NCBI RefSeq assembly: GCF_006345805.1
Contig: NC_043016.1
Span: 15,562,001-15,626,000 of the forward strand
DNA from: Octopus sinensis
Lineage: Eukaryota
Length of the DNA stretch: 64,000 nucleotides
Reading direction: 5' to 3'
Made by a program: the position numbers and the translations under genes. The notes under the pieces were generated by a model. It was not told where the DNA came from. It ran no database searches and saw only the letters and a list, made by a program, of their open reading frames with translations. How positions within the stretch are numbered: the stretch's first letter is position 1; every line of letters begins with the position of its first letter. Positions 1 through 12,341 of this stretch are shown one piece after another.

Positions 1-79
1 TACTGAATCTTTTGATACCCCATGCATCAAAATCTGTAACTCAGTTTTGGAATGGATAAGGAATATATATATATATATA

Positions 80-215
80 GGACTGACTTTTTTCAAACTG
101 AACGTATTATCTCACATTACAATAGAGACATGATTCTGAAATAGTGTAAGAGATAAGAGATTAGGCAAGAAGTTGGAAATTTTTTTGACTCATGACACTG
201 CATGGACCTTGGCTT
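80..215 (-). repeat. Fragment of an unclassified dispersed repeat, also present at about 52670-52870
   Basis: Reverse complement matches ccatgcagtgtcatg...ttccaactt...ctcttatctcttacactatttcag...gtaatgtgagataatac at 52670-52860. Confidence 0.75.
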
Positions 216-799
216 TTGCATTTAATGATTGTTACTTTAAGTATTTTATTTCAATTTTATGTATATATGTATGTATGAGCCAATGAGAGAGACCTCTACA
301 TGGTAGCTACACGTGGTAGAAACAGCAGTCAAATCTCCCTCAAAACACCCTACTGTTTTAATCCGACAATTCTGTCTATTATGTAGTTTGAATGAGAAAC
401 AGTAACTAAAGATTAAGATTATTAACCCCAAAATTTTACGCGTTTTAGTAGCAATCAATCTCTTTCTCTTTTTTTTTTTGCGTCGCTTTCCATGTCAGTT
501 GTAAAGGTGAAGCAGGTTAACTTGGACGGTGTTAAGTAGTGGAGATGCTTGGTGATTGTATGTGGTGGCTGCTTTTGAATGTTTATTCTCAATAAGGATA
601 ATTGATTGATAACGAATCTTAGCGCAATATATATACAACTTCAAGTGGAATTGGACATCATAAGAGTGACAGGATAGCAACGGTTCTGACTGACTGTCGT
701 CCTGTTCTCCCCTTGTTAGCGAAATGGTATGTGCCAGCTGTCTGAGCAACTGGTTGAGTTTAATGGTGGAACAAACAGGATAACAAGATTTTTTTAAAA

Positions 800-943
800 T
801 AGCAATTCTCACCTTGAAACTAACTTTTTTGAAAAATGTTTTAGATTACAGAATGTCCTACTCTGTCATGTATCCATGTTTAAAATTTCAGTGCGATTGG
901 CTGAACAATACTCGAGTTATAAGCGCACAGACAGACAGAACGG

Positions 944-985
<42 letters not shown>
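800..985 (-). mobile_element. Probable 5' end of a non-autonomous Helitron-like element
   Basis: Minus strand begins (TA)n-gaatccgttctgtctgtctgt. A related start (atataaaatccgttctgttgtctgcc) is at about 54530. Class assignment rests on remembered Helitron-N 5' ends. Confidence 0.4.
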
Positions 986-987
<2 letters not shown>

Positions 988-1117
988 CATTTAGATACAT
1001 ACACTTGTGTAAACACATTTAAGATAGGGTATTTTACATTGTATCGTATATTTGTTTAATATATATACATAAGTATACATATAGAACACAGTAATTAAGA
1101 ATGGAGCAGAAAAGTCT

Positions 1118-2310
1118 TCACATCCGATATGGAATAGCTGAAATACTTGCAAACTCCATAGTCCAATGGTATCTATGGTCATTATGTACTAAACCCAGTT
1201 TCATTGCCACCTCTTTGTAACTATGGCTAACTGCATCATTAATAGTCCTCATATCTTCAAATGATGTAGCTTCGGGAATATGAGATAGTAAAGCTCTCAG
1301 ATAGAATTGCTCCTGTTCCTTTGGTGAAACAAAGTAGATACGCCCAATTGGGTGTGTTATTATTTTTTCACTATTATTCCATGTGTAAAATTCAGGGAAA
1401 TCAGTAGAGTGTAATGTATGTGCAAATAAGTTAACTGGTGATTCCCGGTTAACTTGCATCCATCCACTGAGTGTGGACCTGTCATGTGTGTGGATAACAG
1501 GTTCAATATCATCATCGTCATTAAAGTAAATGTATTGCTGTTGGGGTAAATGAACTGTAAGCTGTTGGACTGCAGGATGTGAACTCTGTAATTTGAACCC
1601 TAAAATCCTCCGGACTGCCTTTGATGAGGATACATAGCAGCCATTGATGTAATTTTCAGTTTCATCTTTGTGTGTTTGTTGTGCATTGGTTTGTCCCCTA
1701 ATATTGACCGTCACCCGATCATGGCCTTTATGAATATATTTGCTAATATATTTAACTGATTTTACAGATGCACATATCTCTACATTACAATGACATTCCA
1801 TATTTGACTTAAAAGATGGGGGCATATGATACTACTGAACGACTATCTAATTCAACATTAGTCTATGTAAATGTAAAACCATTATTTCAACGTTGGTAAA
1901 GTGGATTGCCATTATTACTGTGGAATGTATTTTCCTGAAAGTCTCTAGGGAAATGTCTTTTACATTTCCCATCAACAATACATATTGCATTGGGTTTATC
2001 TCTTCCACATGGACCATGTAGCATGCTTTGGGTGACATGTTGAAATAAAATTGGTTGTGTTTGTGGATTTGGAAGTTCTGCATTAACAAATTCATCATAA
2101 TGTTCTGGATCTTTTTTTAACTATGAACAGCATATGACAATGGGGTAGTCCATGCTTTTGAAACTCTATAGTTCACATGTACCCTGCAACCTCTCTCAAA
2201 ACATTCTTCTCCAAAATATTATGCGAGATATCCCTAAGTTTCATATTAAATACTCTGTCAGTTAAATCTGGTCTGTCAGCTGGTGTCTGTCCTGGATAAA
2301 GTTTGTGATA
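1118..2310 (-). mobile_element. Degenerate Helitron Rep/helicase fragment in an SLC7 intron
   Basis: Minus strand has RPDLTDRVFNMKL and IEFQKHGLPHCHMLF (HUH motif, about 2120-2170), then YISKYIHKGHDR, HPAVQQLTVHLP, GRIYFVSP and FYLRALL. Stops and frameshifts are present. Confidence 0.9.
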
Positions 2311-2629
2311 CTGGTCAAGCAATGAAAATGCTGACACAACTGAAAATTAAATTATGGAGATGTACTTGCATAGCGAGTGACTTGATCTGAGATTGTGTGC
2401 TGAAACAAAAACAATTAGTGTGGATGGTGTTTATAAGCCATTTGAGAACACACATAAAAAAAACTGTTAGATTCACTTCAACATTTAAATTTAATTTGTG
2501 AAAATATTTTCGTTGCTCTGAAACTGTGACCTGTTCAGTGACAAAACTTCATGCTGTATCTATGCAGCATGAAATTTTGTCAGTGAATAGGTCGCAATTT
2601 GAATTTTTTCAAGTAGAAGATGAACATAT

Positions 2630-3105
2630 AAAAACAATAGTGATAAGCCTAATTTCCATTCCAACCCCAAGTGCTAATCAACTCATCCAAAAGAGAGATA
2701 GGTGCCATTAGCAAGCATATTCTTAATACTATTGACTGTGGCATCAGAACAACTACAAGGTTGACTCAATGGAACTCCAGTACAGCTGTGATAGACTGGT
2801 TCCATTGAAAATAAATCAGCCTGCAAATTCACCCAGTTTGACATTGTTGACTTCTACCCCTAAGCCTCTCCTCCTGAAGGCCCTGCATGAGTAATCTTGA
2901 TATCAGAATCGTCATGAATACCAGAAAGTCAATTCTGGTCCATGACAATTCCTTCTGGATGAAGAAAGAAGGCAATCCATTGTTCAACGTCTCTATGGGG
3001 AGCTTTGAGGAGAGGCTCAGGGTAGAGGTCAACAATATCAAACTGGGTGAATTTGCAGGCTGATTTATTTTCAGTATAATGGAACCAGTCTATCACAGCT
3101 TTCTT
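2630..3105 (+). mobile_element. Penelope-like RT fragment ending in an inverted copy of itself
   Basis: + strand (with lesions): DKPNFHSNPKC, GAISKHIL, TQWNSSTAVIDWF, KFTQFDIVDFYP, RKSILVHDNSFWMKKEGNPLFNVSMGSF. 3008-3100 is the reverse complement of 2782-2873. Confidence 0.8.
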
Positions 3106-3149
3106 ACTATGGCAACAGTCTGGATATATATATATATATATATACATAC

Positions 3150-3377
3150 AGTGAGGGAGTGGAGCACTCCGTCAGTTGCGACGACGAGGGTCCCGGCAGA
3201 TACGATCGATGGAACAGCTTGCTCGTGAAATTAACGTGTAAGTGGCTGAGCATCCCACAGACACGTGTACTCTTAACGTAGTTCTCAGGGAGATTCAGTG
3301 TGACACAGATTGTGACAAGGCTGGCCCTTTGAAATACAGGTACTACTCATTTTTGCCAGCTGAGTGGACTGGAGCAA
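3150..3377 (+). mobile_element. SINE-like repeat fragment
   Basis: gagggagtggagcactccgtc...cgtgaaattaacgtg...gtgactcttaacgtagttctc-like sequence resembles a common octopus SINE recalled from memory. Confidence 0.55.
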
Positions 3378-3945
3378 CATCCAGTGAAGCATGCTAACTT
3401 CATTCCTTTCAAGCCTTCACATGTCCTCTGCAGTCACAGCCCATGCTTCACTGTGATGTAGCATGGCTGTTCACACACATGCATCATACAATCTGCCTTT
3501 CAGTCTGAGGTAGAGAGGCTCTTTCTTACCTACAAAGGTAGAATCTCTTTAAACTTTGCCCAGCCTATTCTTATTCTAGCAACTAAACTCTCAGAGCATC
3601 CACCTTCATTGCTGACTTGGTCACCAAAATAATGGAAACTATCAAATACTTCTAAGCATCTTCCTTAGCATTTGATGCTAAGTCTATTCTCTGTACATTT
3701 CTGTTTCTGTTTATTGTACCTGTACATCTTGCCACACACAAAGACTATTTTCCCTGTTAACCTTCCTCTGATATTGCTGCATCTCTTATGTGTCTATAGC
3801 TTGCACTGGGTACACCTTATGGAGTTTCTACTACATATTGAGCAGGGCCATCTACCTGAAGGGATTTGTGATTTGTTTGCTTTCATACCTACTAAGTCTT
3901 TGGTTTTTGCTAAATTAACTCTATTAACTCTTTTAATTCTATGTT
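3378..3945 (-). mobile_element. RTE-clade LINE fragment (Cys-rich segment downstream of RT)
   Basis: Closely similar to 10560-11100 (QIPSGRWPC..CRKG.GRNSIRCTQC..WT.KRCS). Confidence 0.85.
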
Positions 3946-4011
3946 TATAATCTGTTCATGATCTCTTTTTATGTGTTTATAATATATATATATATCACAT
4001 CTCATTTTTAG

Positions 4012-4115
4012 ACATTTGCTGAACAAACACTTGGGCCTGCTTCTTGGGTAATGCCAATTCTAATAGCTATATCTGTTATTGGAATGATAAATGGAACTTC
4101 ATTGTCAATGTCAAG
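4012..4115 (+). CDS. SLC7 LAT-type amino-acid transporter light chain, internal exon (TM8 region)
   Basis: Acceptor ctcatttttag, donor gtaaat. 104 bp encoding TFAEQTLGPASWVMPILIAISVIGMINGTSLSMS(R), matching the LAT pattern FxxxxLGxxSWxxPxxxxxSxxGxxNGxxxxxSR. Ends in phase 2. Confidence 0.93.
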
Positions 4116-5606
4116 GTAAATGATTTGTTTTAAAACCAACACATCTTTCTTTTCCTCTCTATTCCTAATATTCTGTAGTAAAATCAATCAGCTATTCTAA
4201 ACAGGTGTTCTGTAGGGGTGGGGGATGTTATTTCATATTTGTTGCTAGTTTTTGTTATTGTTTAGCTCTGGGTCAGCCTTGAACTGATTAAACTAATAAT
4301 TAATGTCTTTCAGCCTTAGCCATCCAACCTTTATTTGTGTATGTATATATCATCATTATCATCGTTTGTCTATGTTCCATGCTAGCAAGGGTGGGACGGT
4401 ACCACAAGAGCCAGCCAGGCCAAAGCCTGCACCAGACTTCTGTGACTGTTATGGCAGGATTTTTACAGTTGGATACTCTTCTGGACACCAAGTGCTTATT
4501 ATGTGGTACAAGCACAGGCTACGTCAGTTTTGTCAAGGTTTTTACAGCTGGATGCCGTTCCGAACACCAACCTTTTTACAGTGTGGACTGGGGTGCTTTT
4601 AAGTGGCACCTGCACTGACAGGGTCACTAAGTATCTTGCAAGACAAAACCTTTTAAGAGGAGAGGAGGCATTGGAGGAGGTGATGATGAAATGGTTATTG
4701 TGAGACAGATATAGGTATCTTGATGTAGAGAAAGTACAAGGTTACCTGGCAGGAGAGAGAGAGAAAAATCAGGAATGAAGACAGAAACAGTTGTGCTACC
4801 ACAAAGAAAATACTACAGGATGGAGATCGTGGCACACTCACAAGGAATGGGGTTCAGAGTATAAATGAAATGGTTGAGTAAAGGAAGAGAGATATATAGA
4901 TTGTGGCAAGTGCTAGGGCATACTCTTGAAGTTCAAATGCCATAATGTAAGTGACAGGATATTGCGAAGGGAGTGTGATTAAAGAGCATGAGTAAGTGGT
5001 GGGAGACCTGGGTATATATAGAGTTGGAGGAGCTGGCAAAAGATCTGGGTATATATAGAGTTGGAGGGGCTACCGGATAGCAATGATACAGAGAAACAGG
5101 ATTGGGAAGTGAGAGCTAGGTATAGTGAATGAAAGAGGAAATTCGAAAAAGAGAAGAGATGTAGATTGGTTTGTTGGGGTAGGGTGAGGGAAAAGTTTTC
5201 TTGTTACATGTGGGTGGAACACCCAGGTCGGGGGCTAGCAGATGGCAATAATAGAGTGAGACAAGGCATGTGGGTAGGACGAACAGGTTGGGGGCAAGCA
5301 GAGAGCAATGATACAGTGGCACGGGGCCAAGGGGACAAGACTGGGGAGTGGGATGTAATCATAGTGCATGAAGTGGAAATGTGAGGAAGAGAAGAGATGT
5401 AATTGGGTTTGTTTTGGTAGAGTGTATGAAAAGTTTGTTTCTTAAGTGTGGGTGGGACACACAGCACTTCTAGAACTTAGTTTCACTGATGTGGGCAGGT
5501 CTTCTCAAGAACTTCGTATTGCCAGATATCTCAGTCCATGGTCATTTCCTCTGTGAGGCCCAACATCCTGAGATCAGTCGTTAACCACTTCATCCCATGT
5601 CTTCCT

Positions 5607-6505
5607 AAGGTGGTATCAGAAAGTTCCCAGACTAATTATGTTTAATAAAAAAATAACTCATTTACCAAAGTTTTAACATTGGTCTCCTTCAAAATAGTCA
5701 CCTTGCATAGCAATACATTGGTCCCAGTGTTCCTGTCCCTTTGGAATCCAGCCTGGAAGTCGTTTCCTCTAAGCAAGTTGAGGGTCTTGTGCAATTTGCT
5801 CTGGATCTCAACAACAACATAAAAACGGCAACTTTTGCACTGTCTTTTTGTCTTCGGGAAGAGATGGAAGTCCACTGGTGCTAAATCTGGTGAATAGGGC
5901 AGGTGAGGAAGCGATACCATTTGTTGTTTTTGCTTAGAAACTCACGAGTGAGGAGAGCTTAGTGACAGGTTGCATTGTCATCATGAATAATCTAATTCTT
6001 TGCGCTCCATAGCTCCAGTCACTTTTACCAAATGACCTCCCTCAAACGCTTCAAAAAGACACTGTAGAACTCTCAATTGATAGTCTGGCCCTGGGGAACG
6101 AATTCTTGATGCTCAATAATCAGATGTCAAAAACAAAGCATGAGCATGCTTTTGATTGCGCTGCAGCTCTATTGTGCCTTTTGAAGTGCCCATGCTACTC
6201 AAAACATTGTGCATGACCCATTGCCTCATTGCCGTAAGCTTGCTGAAGCATGCTCAATGTCTCTGTAGCAGACTTCCCAAGTTTAATGCAAACTTTCGCA
6301 TTGGCTCTTTCTTCCTGTCCATAACAAAATCACAAGACTACAGCACACATGTGATTGCAAAATCACAAATTTCACAACTTGCAGAGTAAACACAGAGATG
6401 GCACGTGGCACACTGCCTCATGAACGTCACTGCAAGCACTCACTGCGCACACAACTGTTGGTGCACTACAGATCCAGTCTGGGAACTTTTTGACACCACC
6501 TTGTA
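5607..6505 (-). mobile_element. Internally deleted mariner element with both TIRs
   Basis: Left TIR aaggtggtatcagaaagttcccagact (5607-5633) and right TIR agtctgggaactttttgacaccacctt (6476-6502) differ at 2 of 27 positions. TA follows the right end. Remnant LPHLPYSPDLAPVDFHLFPK on the minus strand. Confidence 0.88.
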
Positions 6506-6524
6506 TACATATCATTGTTGCAAA

Positions 6525-6875
6525 CATGACTTGTGTGGTATGAAGCTTGCTTCCCAACTACATGGCTCTTGGCTCAATCCCAGTCTGTAGCACCTTGGGC
6601 AAGTGTCTTCTACTGTAGCCTCGAGCTGACCAAAGCCTTGTGAGTAGATTTGGTACACGGAAACTGAAAGAAGCCCATCATATGTGTGTGTGTGTGTATC
6701 TTTGTGTGTGTCTTTGTGAATGTGCTTGTCACCGCCCCCATACCACCACCACTTGGCAATTAGTGTTTATGTCCCTGTGACTTAGCAGTTCAGCAAAAGT
6801 TCTGGGGTTTATTCATTCAATTAAAAATTCTTCAAGATGGTATCTCAGCATGGCTGCAGTCTAATGACTGGAACA
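6525..6875 (+). mobile_element. tRNA-derived SINE with CORE-like segment and internal (TG)n
   Basis: Degenerate A/B boxes, ccttgggcaagtgtcttc core, internal microsatellite. A cleaner inverted copy lies at 33781-34183. Confidence 0.75.
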
Positions 6876-8480
6876 ATGTACTGCCTCAAAGCTATCCGTC
6901 GCATGCCCTGGTGTAGACATGTCATCTGTCTCCCACTAGATCGTCCTACCGGAGCTTTAGTGTCATTAAGTGCAGCAGCTGCAGGTTGAAAGATGCTTCA
7001 TGGCTGGACGTGATTGGGGAAGATCTCTGGAGGCTCAATGTCACCTTGGGGGATGCAGAGGGGCTGGCATGGGACTTTCAGTGGTGGAGAACACCAGTGG
7101 ATATGATCAGCTCTACACATGATAACATCTCTGAGACCGCTGACCTGGGATGACCCTTGCCCCATGAAGCATGAGGCAAGTAAACCAGTAAGATTAAGCA
7201 ATGAAAGCTCACAGCAATTATAAATTTATTTTTATAAAAAGCTAAGTGTAATCGCATAATTAATTATACCTGACAGTAATGACTATTAAAAACAGATGAC
7301 TGCTGACACTGAACAGGTTTTGTTAGTAGGTAACAGCTGCTGCAATATCTACCATATAATATTGACTAGTACACATAATATAGTAAGTTGAAAATCTTTA
7401 ACTTAACCTAATTTAATCCTTTGACACTCTCTCAATGAATGTAAAGTTTATTTATTCACATTGTTTTGAACTGACCCTGCATTGGATCTGGTCAGTTTGA
7501 ACATAGAACAAATAGACTATTTGGGCCAGTTTTGACTGCTTTGAATGCTATAGGATTAAATTATCCATGCCATTAGTAAACAAAATTTCCCCGTATAGAC
7601 GTTTAAATACTAAAAAATGAAAAGCAAGGGAGATAATTCCAATGCTGTTAGTGAACCAAAGTTTTGGGAAAATGAAAACAATGCTACAGAAAGTGGATCT
7701 AGTCTTTAAAACCAGCAAATGAAAATGACAGATATATTTTAAGCTTATTAAATTTCTTTATCGCTGTTTTTATCTGTTAATAGCAAAGATAAGCTCAATT
7801 AGTCGAAGTGTTTCAACTCATTCATATTTGATGTCCTTTAGTTTGTATATTTAATATGCAGAATGTGCCACAGAGATCCCTTCCCTCAAGTCTGCTGTAA
7901 ACTGTTCCCACTTTTCTGTCGATTCACAAGTTAGCTGTATACCACTTCTACTCCTAAGACCACCAGACACACTCTCTTCCTCTCATGACTCAAATTGTGG
8001 ATCCAGACACTGCATTAAACAGTTTTTTTCCTACAATCCCGCCTCTCCAGAATATCACCCATCTAGCACCATTCTTGAACATATTGTTTCCTTTCCTGGA
8101 GGCATTGAGTTTCAGATGTTTAAAATTAGCACCGACTGGATCAATTGCACCAAAGCCTGGAAAGTTTATGAAAGTAATGGGCTTGGCTCCATTTACTGCA
8201 TTAAAAATTTAAAAACCAAAAAATGTTGTGTTATGCCTCAATAAAACACATGGTATAACCGAAATGGTAACAGAAATTCAAAAAAAATTACCAAAGGTTC
8301 ATGAGGTTGTCTTTATGATCAGTTTTCATTAGTTTAAGGTTAATGAAATTATATTTTGTTTTGTTTTTTGTTGTTGTCTTTTTTCTCTAAGATCAAAGTG
8401 TAGATCAAAAGATATCATTACTCTCTAATTATTATAAATATTGAAGTATTTCACTTTATGAAAAATCTCTTTGTTTTCAG

Positions 8481-8577
8481 GTTATTCTTTGTGGGAGCCC
8501 AGAATAACCACATGCCAAAAATCATTTCCATGATTACAAGGAAAAATTTAACACCAGCACCTTCCCTTCTTATAATT
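8481..8577 (+). CDS. SLC7 LAT-type transporter, internal exon (loop to TM9)
   Basis: Acceptor ttgttttcag, donor gtaagt. Completes the split Arg codon, then LFFVGAQNNHMPKIISMITRKNLTPAPSLLII, similar to LAT1 [30 protein letters not shown]. Confidence 0.95.
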
Positions 8578-9789
8578 GTAAGTTATATATGTATGTTTTG
8601 TCTTCCTTTGTATTTACCATTTCTGTAAGAATTGGGAAGATTTTTTTTTCATCCATTGACTGCTTGTTGGGCTTAGAGTTCTGAGGATCTGTCTTCTATT
8701 TAGTTTTCATTCTCTCTTATTAAATTCTTAAATATCTCTACAGGTACTTGTGAAGTGCTTTAGACACACCTTTGTATTCCGTTGATACAAAGAGGTTTCC
8801 AGTTAGTAGTGATTCCTGGGACCTGAATCACAGAGTTGTTATATCTTGTAGACATCTGTTGTTTATGTAATTATTCTTCATGTTTGTACTGTGTTTATTA
8901 TCTTGTTAATAACATCTTAGATGCCTGAGCTTAGAAAATAATAGTTATGATGCAGTCTCTGTTGAACTGAAGTAAGCATATAGCCTTTGTGCAAATATGT
9001 AGTTATTTTTTTTTTAATAGTGCTTTTTCTGTCCATGCAGAGTAGATGCAGGTATGATTGTGTAGTTTAGAAGTTCACTTCACAAATACATGCACATGAG
9101 TCTGTAATTTTGGTAAGCCTCAGGTCAACCAAAACTATGTGGGTGAAATTCAGTAGACAAAACTGTGCAGAAGCCCATCTGTTGACTTTGGGTACCCTTA
9201 GCAGAGCCCAATGTGTTGCGAATATTTGATTTCAGGTTTTCTGGGTTTTAGGATAACTTACTTCCTTCTTCTCACCAGTATTGGAGCCCTGTAAAAGGTC
9301 ATGGGCAATGTCTTTCTCTCTTTAACTAATCCATATAAAAAAAGGGGGAATGAAAAGCTTTAAAGGTGTATTTTGATGTTATGACAAATGGAACAGTGTA
9401 AGAAATTATAAATGAATTAAGAAGCAGATTGTAAGAACTGAATGGTATACCATATATGTCTCTGTCATGGTTGAGTCCTGCAGCCGGAAGCTAACTGTGA
9501 TGGGTTAAACAGCCGAGGGAGGATGCAGGCAAGAGGAGGATATAAATGATAAGTTCATAATACTACCATATGCTGGAGATCAACAGATGTTAAGTAAATG
9601 GCTACTTCTTTTCTGGATATATTATCAGATCTGCACAAACTTAGGAATTGTAGTGTTCATACCTGCTACTTTCTTATTGCTAACCTGTTGTGCTGGAACC
9701 TGTTTTAGTAAGTTTGAATACATGACCAGTTGTTCATGTTCCCATCTCTGAATTTTCTGTTATAACTTGTTTTGTTGCAACTCAGCAGT

Positions 9790-11600
9790 CATCATCATCA
9801 TCATCATCATCGTTTAACATCCACTTTCCATGCTGGCATGGGTTGGACGGTTTGACTGAGGACTGGTGAGCCAGAAGGCTGCACCAGGCTCAATCTGATC
9901 TGGCAAAGTTTCTACAGCTGGATGCCCTTCCTAACATCAACCACTCCAAGAGTATATTGGGTGCTTTTACATGCCACCGGCACAAGGGTCAGTCAGGTGG
10001 TACTGGCAACGGCCATGCTCAAAAGGTGTTTCTATGTGCTACCTGCACGGGAGCCAGTCCAGCAGCACTGGCAACGGCCATGTTCGAATGTTGTTTTTCA
10101 CATGCCACCAGCACATGTGCTGGCAACAATCACGCTCGAATGGTGCTTTTCCCGTGTCACCAGCACGGAAGACAATCCATGGCCCTAGCAATGATCACAC
10201 TTAGATGTGCTTTGAATGTTCCACTGGCATAAGCTATGGTCTCACTTGGCTTGTCGGGTCTTCTCAAGCACAGCATATCGCCAAAGGTCTCGGTCGCTAG
10301 ACATTGCCTCAGTAAGGCCCAATGTTCGAAAGTTGTGCTTCATCAACTCAATTTTCCTGGGTCTACCTCTTCGACAGGTTCCCTCAACTGCTAGGTTGTG
10401 ACACTTTTTCACACAGCTGTCCTCATTCATTTGCAATACATGACCATACCAGTGCAGTCATCTCTCTTGCACGCCACATCTGATGCTTCTTAAATCCAAC
10501 TTTTCTCTCAGGACACTTACACTCTGTCATGTATGCTCACTGACATTACACATCCAGCAGAACATACTGGCTTCATTCCCTGCAAGCTTACGCATGTCCT
10601 CAGCAGCCACGGCCCATGTTTCACTGCCATATAGCATGGCTGTTCATACACATGCATCATACAGTCTACTCTTTTACTCTGAGTGAGAGGCCCTTTGTCA
10701 CCAGCAGAGGTAATAGCTCTCTGAACTTTACCCAGGCTATTCTTATTCTAGCAGCTATACTATCAGAGCATCCACAGAAGCTATCAACTACTTCTAGTTT
10801 TTCTTCCTGTAATGTGACGGAAGCTGTTTTCTGCGCATTTTCAGTGTTTATTGCACCTGAGCATCTGCCACATACAAAAACTATCTTCCCAGTTAGCCTT
10901 CCTTTGACATTACTGCACCTCTTATATGTCCATAGATTACACTGGGTACATCTTATGGAGTTTCTACCTATGCCTTTTCTACAGATCAAGCAGGGCCATC
11001 TACCTGAAGGGATTTGTGGTTTGTCTGCCTTCCTACTTATTAAGACTTTGGTTTTAGCTAGGTTGACTCTAAAGCCCTTTGATTCTAATCCTTGTTTCAA
11101 CACTGAAACTTTTCCTCTGGTTCTGATAGTGACTCAGCAATTAGAGCAAGGTCATCAGCATAGAAGAGCTCCCAGGGGCATCCTGTCTTGAATTCCTCTG
11201 TTATTGCCTGGAGGACTATGATGAATAAGATGGGGCTGAGAACAGATCCTTGGTGGACCCCTTCCCCTACTCAGAATTCTTCACTGTACTTGTTGCCAAC
11301 CCTCACCTTACTGGCAGCATCCCTGTACATGGCTTGCACAGCTCTCACTAACTATTTATCTATCCCTAGTTTCCTCATTGACCACCAGATAAGGGATCAG
11401 GGGACCCTGTCAAAAGCTTTCTCCATGTTAATGAAAGCCAGGTACAGAGGTTTATCTTTGGCTAGGCATTTCTCCTGCAGCTGTCTTACCATAAATATAG
11501 CATCAGTGGTGCTTTTCTCTGGCATGAACCCAAACTGCATCTCATCTAAACTGACTCTCTCCCTAATTAGTTGGGCTAGGGAGAGCAGTATTTTTGTGTA
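9790..11600 (-). mobile_element. 5'-truncated RTE-clade LINE (RT to 3' UTR and (GAT)n tail)
   Basis: Minus strand: DEMQFGFMPEKSTTDAIFMVRQLQEK...AFDRVP, VNLAKTKV, Cys-rich finger, ARIRIAWVKFRELLPLL, GRPRK...DRDLWRYAVLEKT. Tail appears as (CAT)n at 9790-9811 on +. Confidence 0.9.
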
Positions 11601-11721
11601 ATATATAGTTTGTTTCACGGCTGTTCTTTTGTGACTATATCTTCCAGCTTTAATGTGTCAATTTCTTAATAAATATTTTATTTACCTTGTAATTAAAAAT
11701 TTGTTTCTGTTTTTCTTGTAG

Positions 11722-11871
11722 CTTCTTTTATCTTTGTCATATCAACAATCTGGTGACATTTTCTTCCTAATTGAAATGGAAGGCTTTGGTTTTGCAACAG
11801 TGCTTGTTATGGTATTTGCTGGCCAAGTATATCTCAGAAGAAAAGAACCCAAACTTCTTCGCCCAATTAAG
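11722..11871 (+). CDS. SLC7 LAT-type transporter, internal exon (TM10)
   Basis: Acceptor ttttcttgtag, donor gtgaga. 150 bp, phase 0, LLLSLSYQQSGDIFFLIEMEGFGFATVLVMVFAGQVYLRRKEPKLLRPIK, ending in the conserved LRxxxPxLxRPIK motif. Confidence 0.95.
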
Positions 11872-12341
11872 GTGAGAATATTTAACATTTAACTGTTGTT
11901 TCCATTATCAACATAATTCATTTATATTGTTAATTTTTCAGATTCCCCTTATTTGAAAATACTACACCATTATTTAAAAGAACTGCCTATTTTATAATAA
12001 GTTTCAATCATAAAATTATGAAATAATCAATTTTAAACATGTCTAAGTTTAGTCATTCAGATGTCAATGAATACTTAATGAAAAGAAATGCACACAAAAT
12101 GCATGCAATAAATGCAATTCTTTTGCTCCCACACAGCCTGTACCCATTTTATTTTGCATTCTGTGAATAATTGTGTCGTTGGTTGCAGGATGTTTACAAT
12201 GAGCCTATTACTGGCTCATTAAAGGGCACTACCTTTATAGAGTTTCTGTAATGTTTGATCTATAAAACAACTTTCAGCATACAGAACATGCATCAATCAC
12301 AAAAGTTTGGTTCAATAAACATTCCCATTCATTTACATTGT

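Noticed and set aside
1-4011. Further upstream SLC7 exons
   Set aside because: No LAT-like TM1-7 sequence was found; the region is TE-derived, so the gene's 5' half probably lies before the window.
4960-5470. Local duplications (gatctgggtatatatagagttggagg-type twice; 5120-5230 versus 5370-5460)
   Set aside because: Diverged purine-rich repeats between RTE fragments with no further structure evident.
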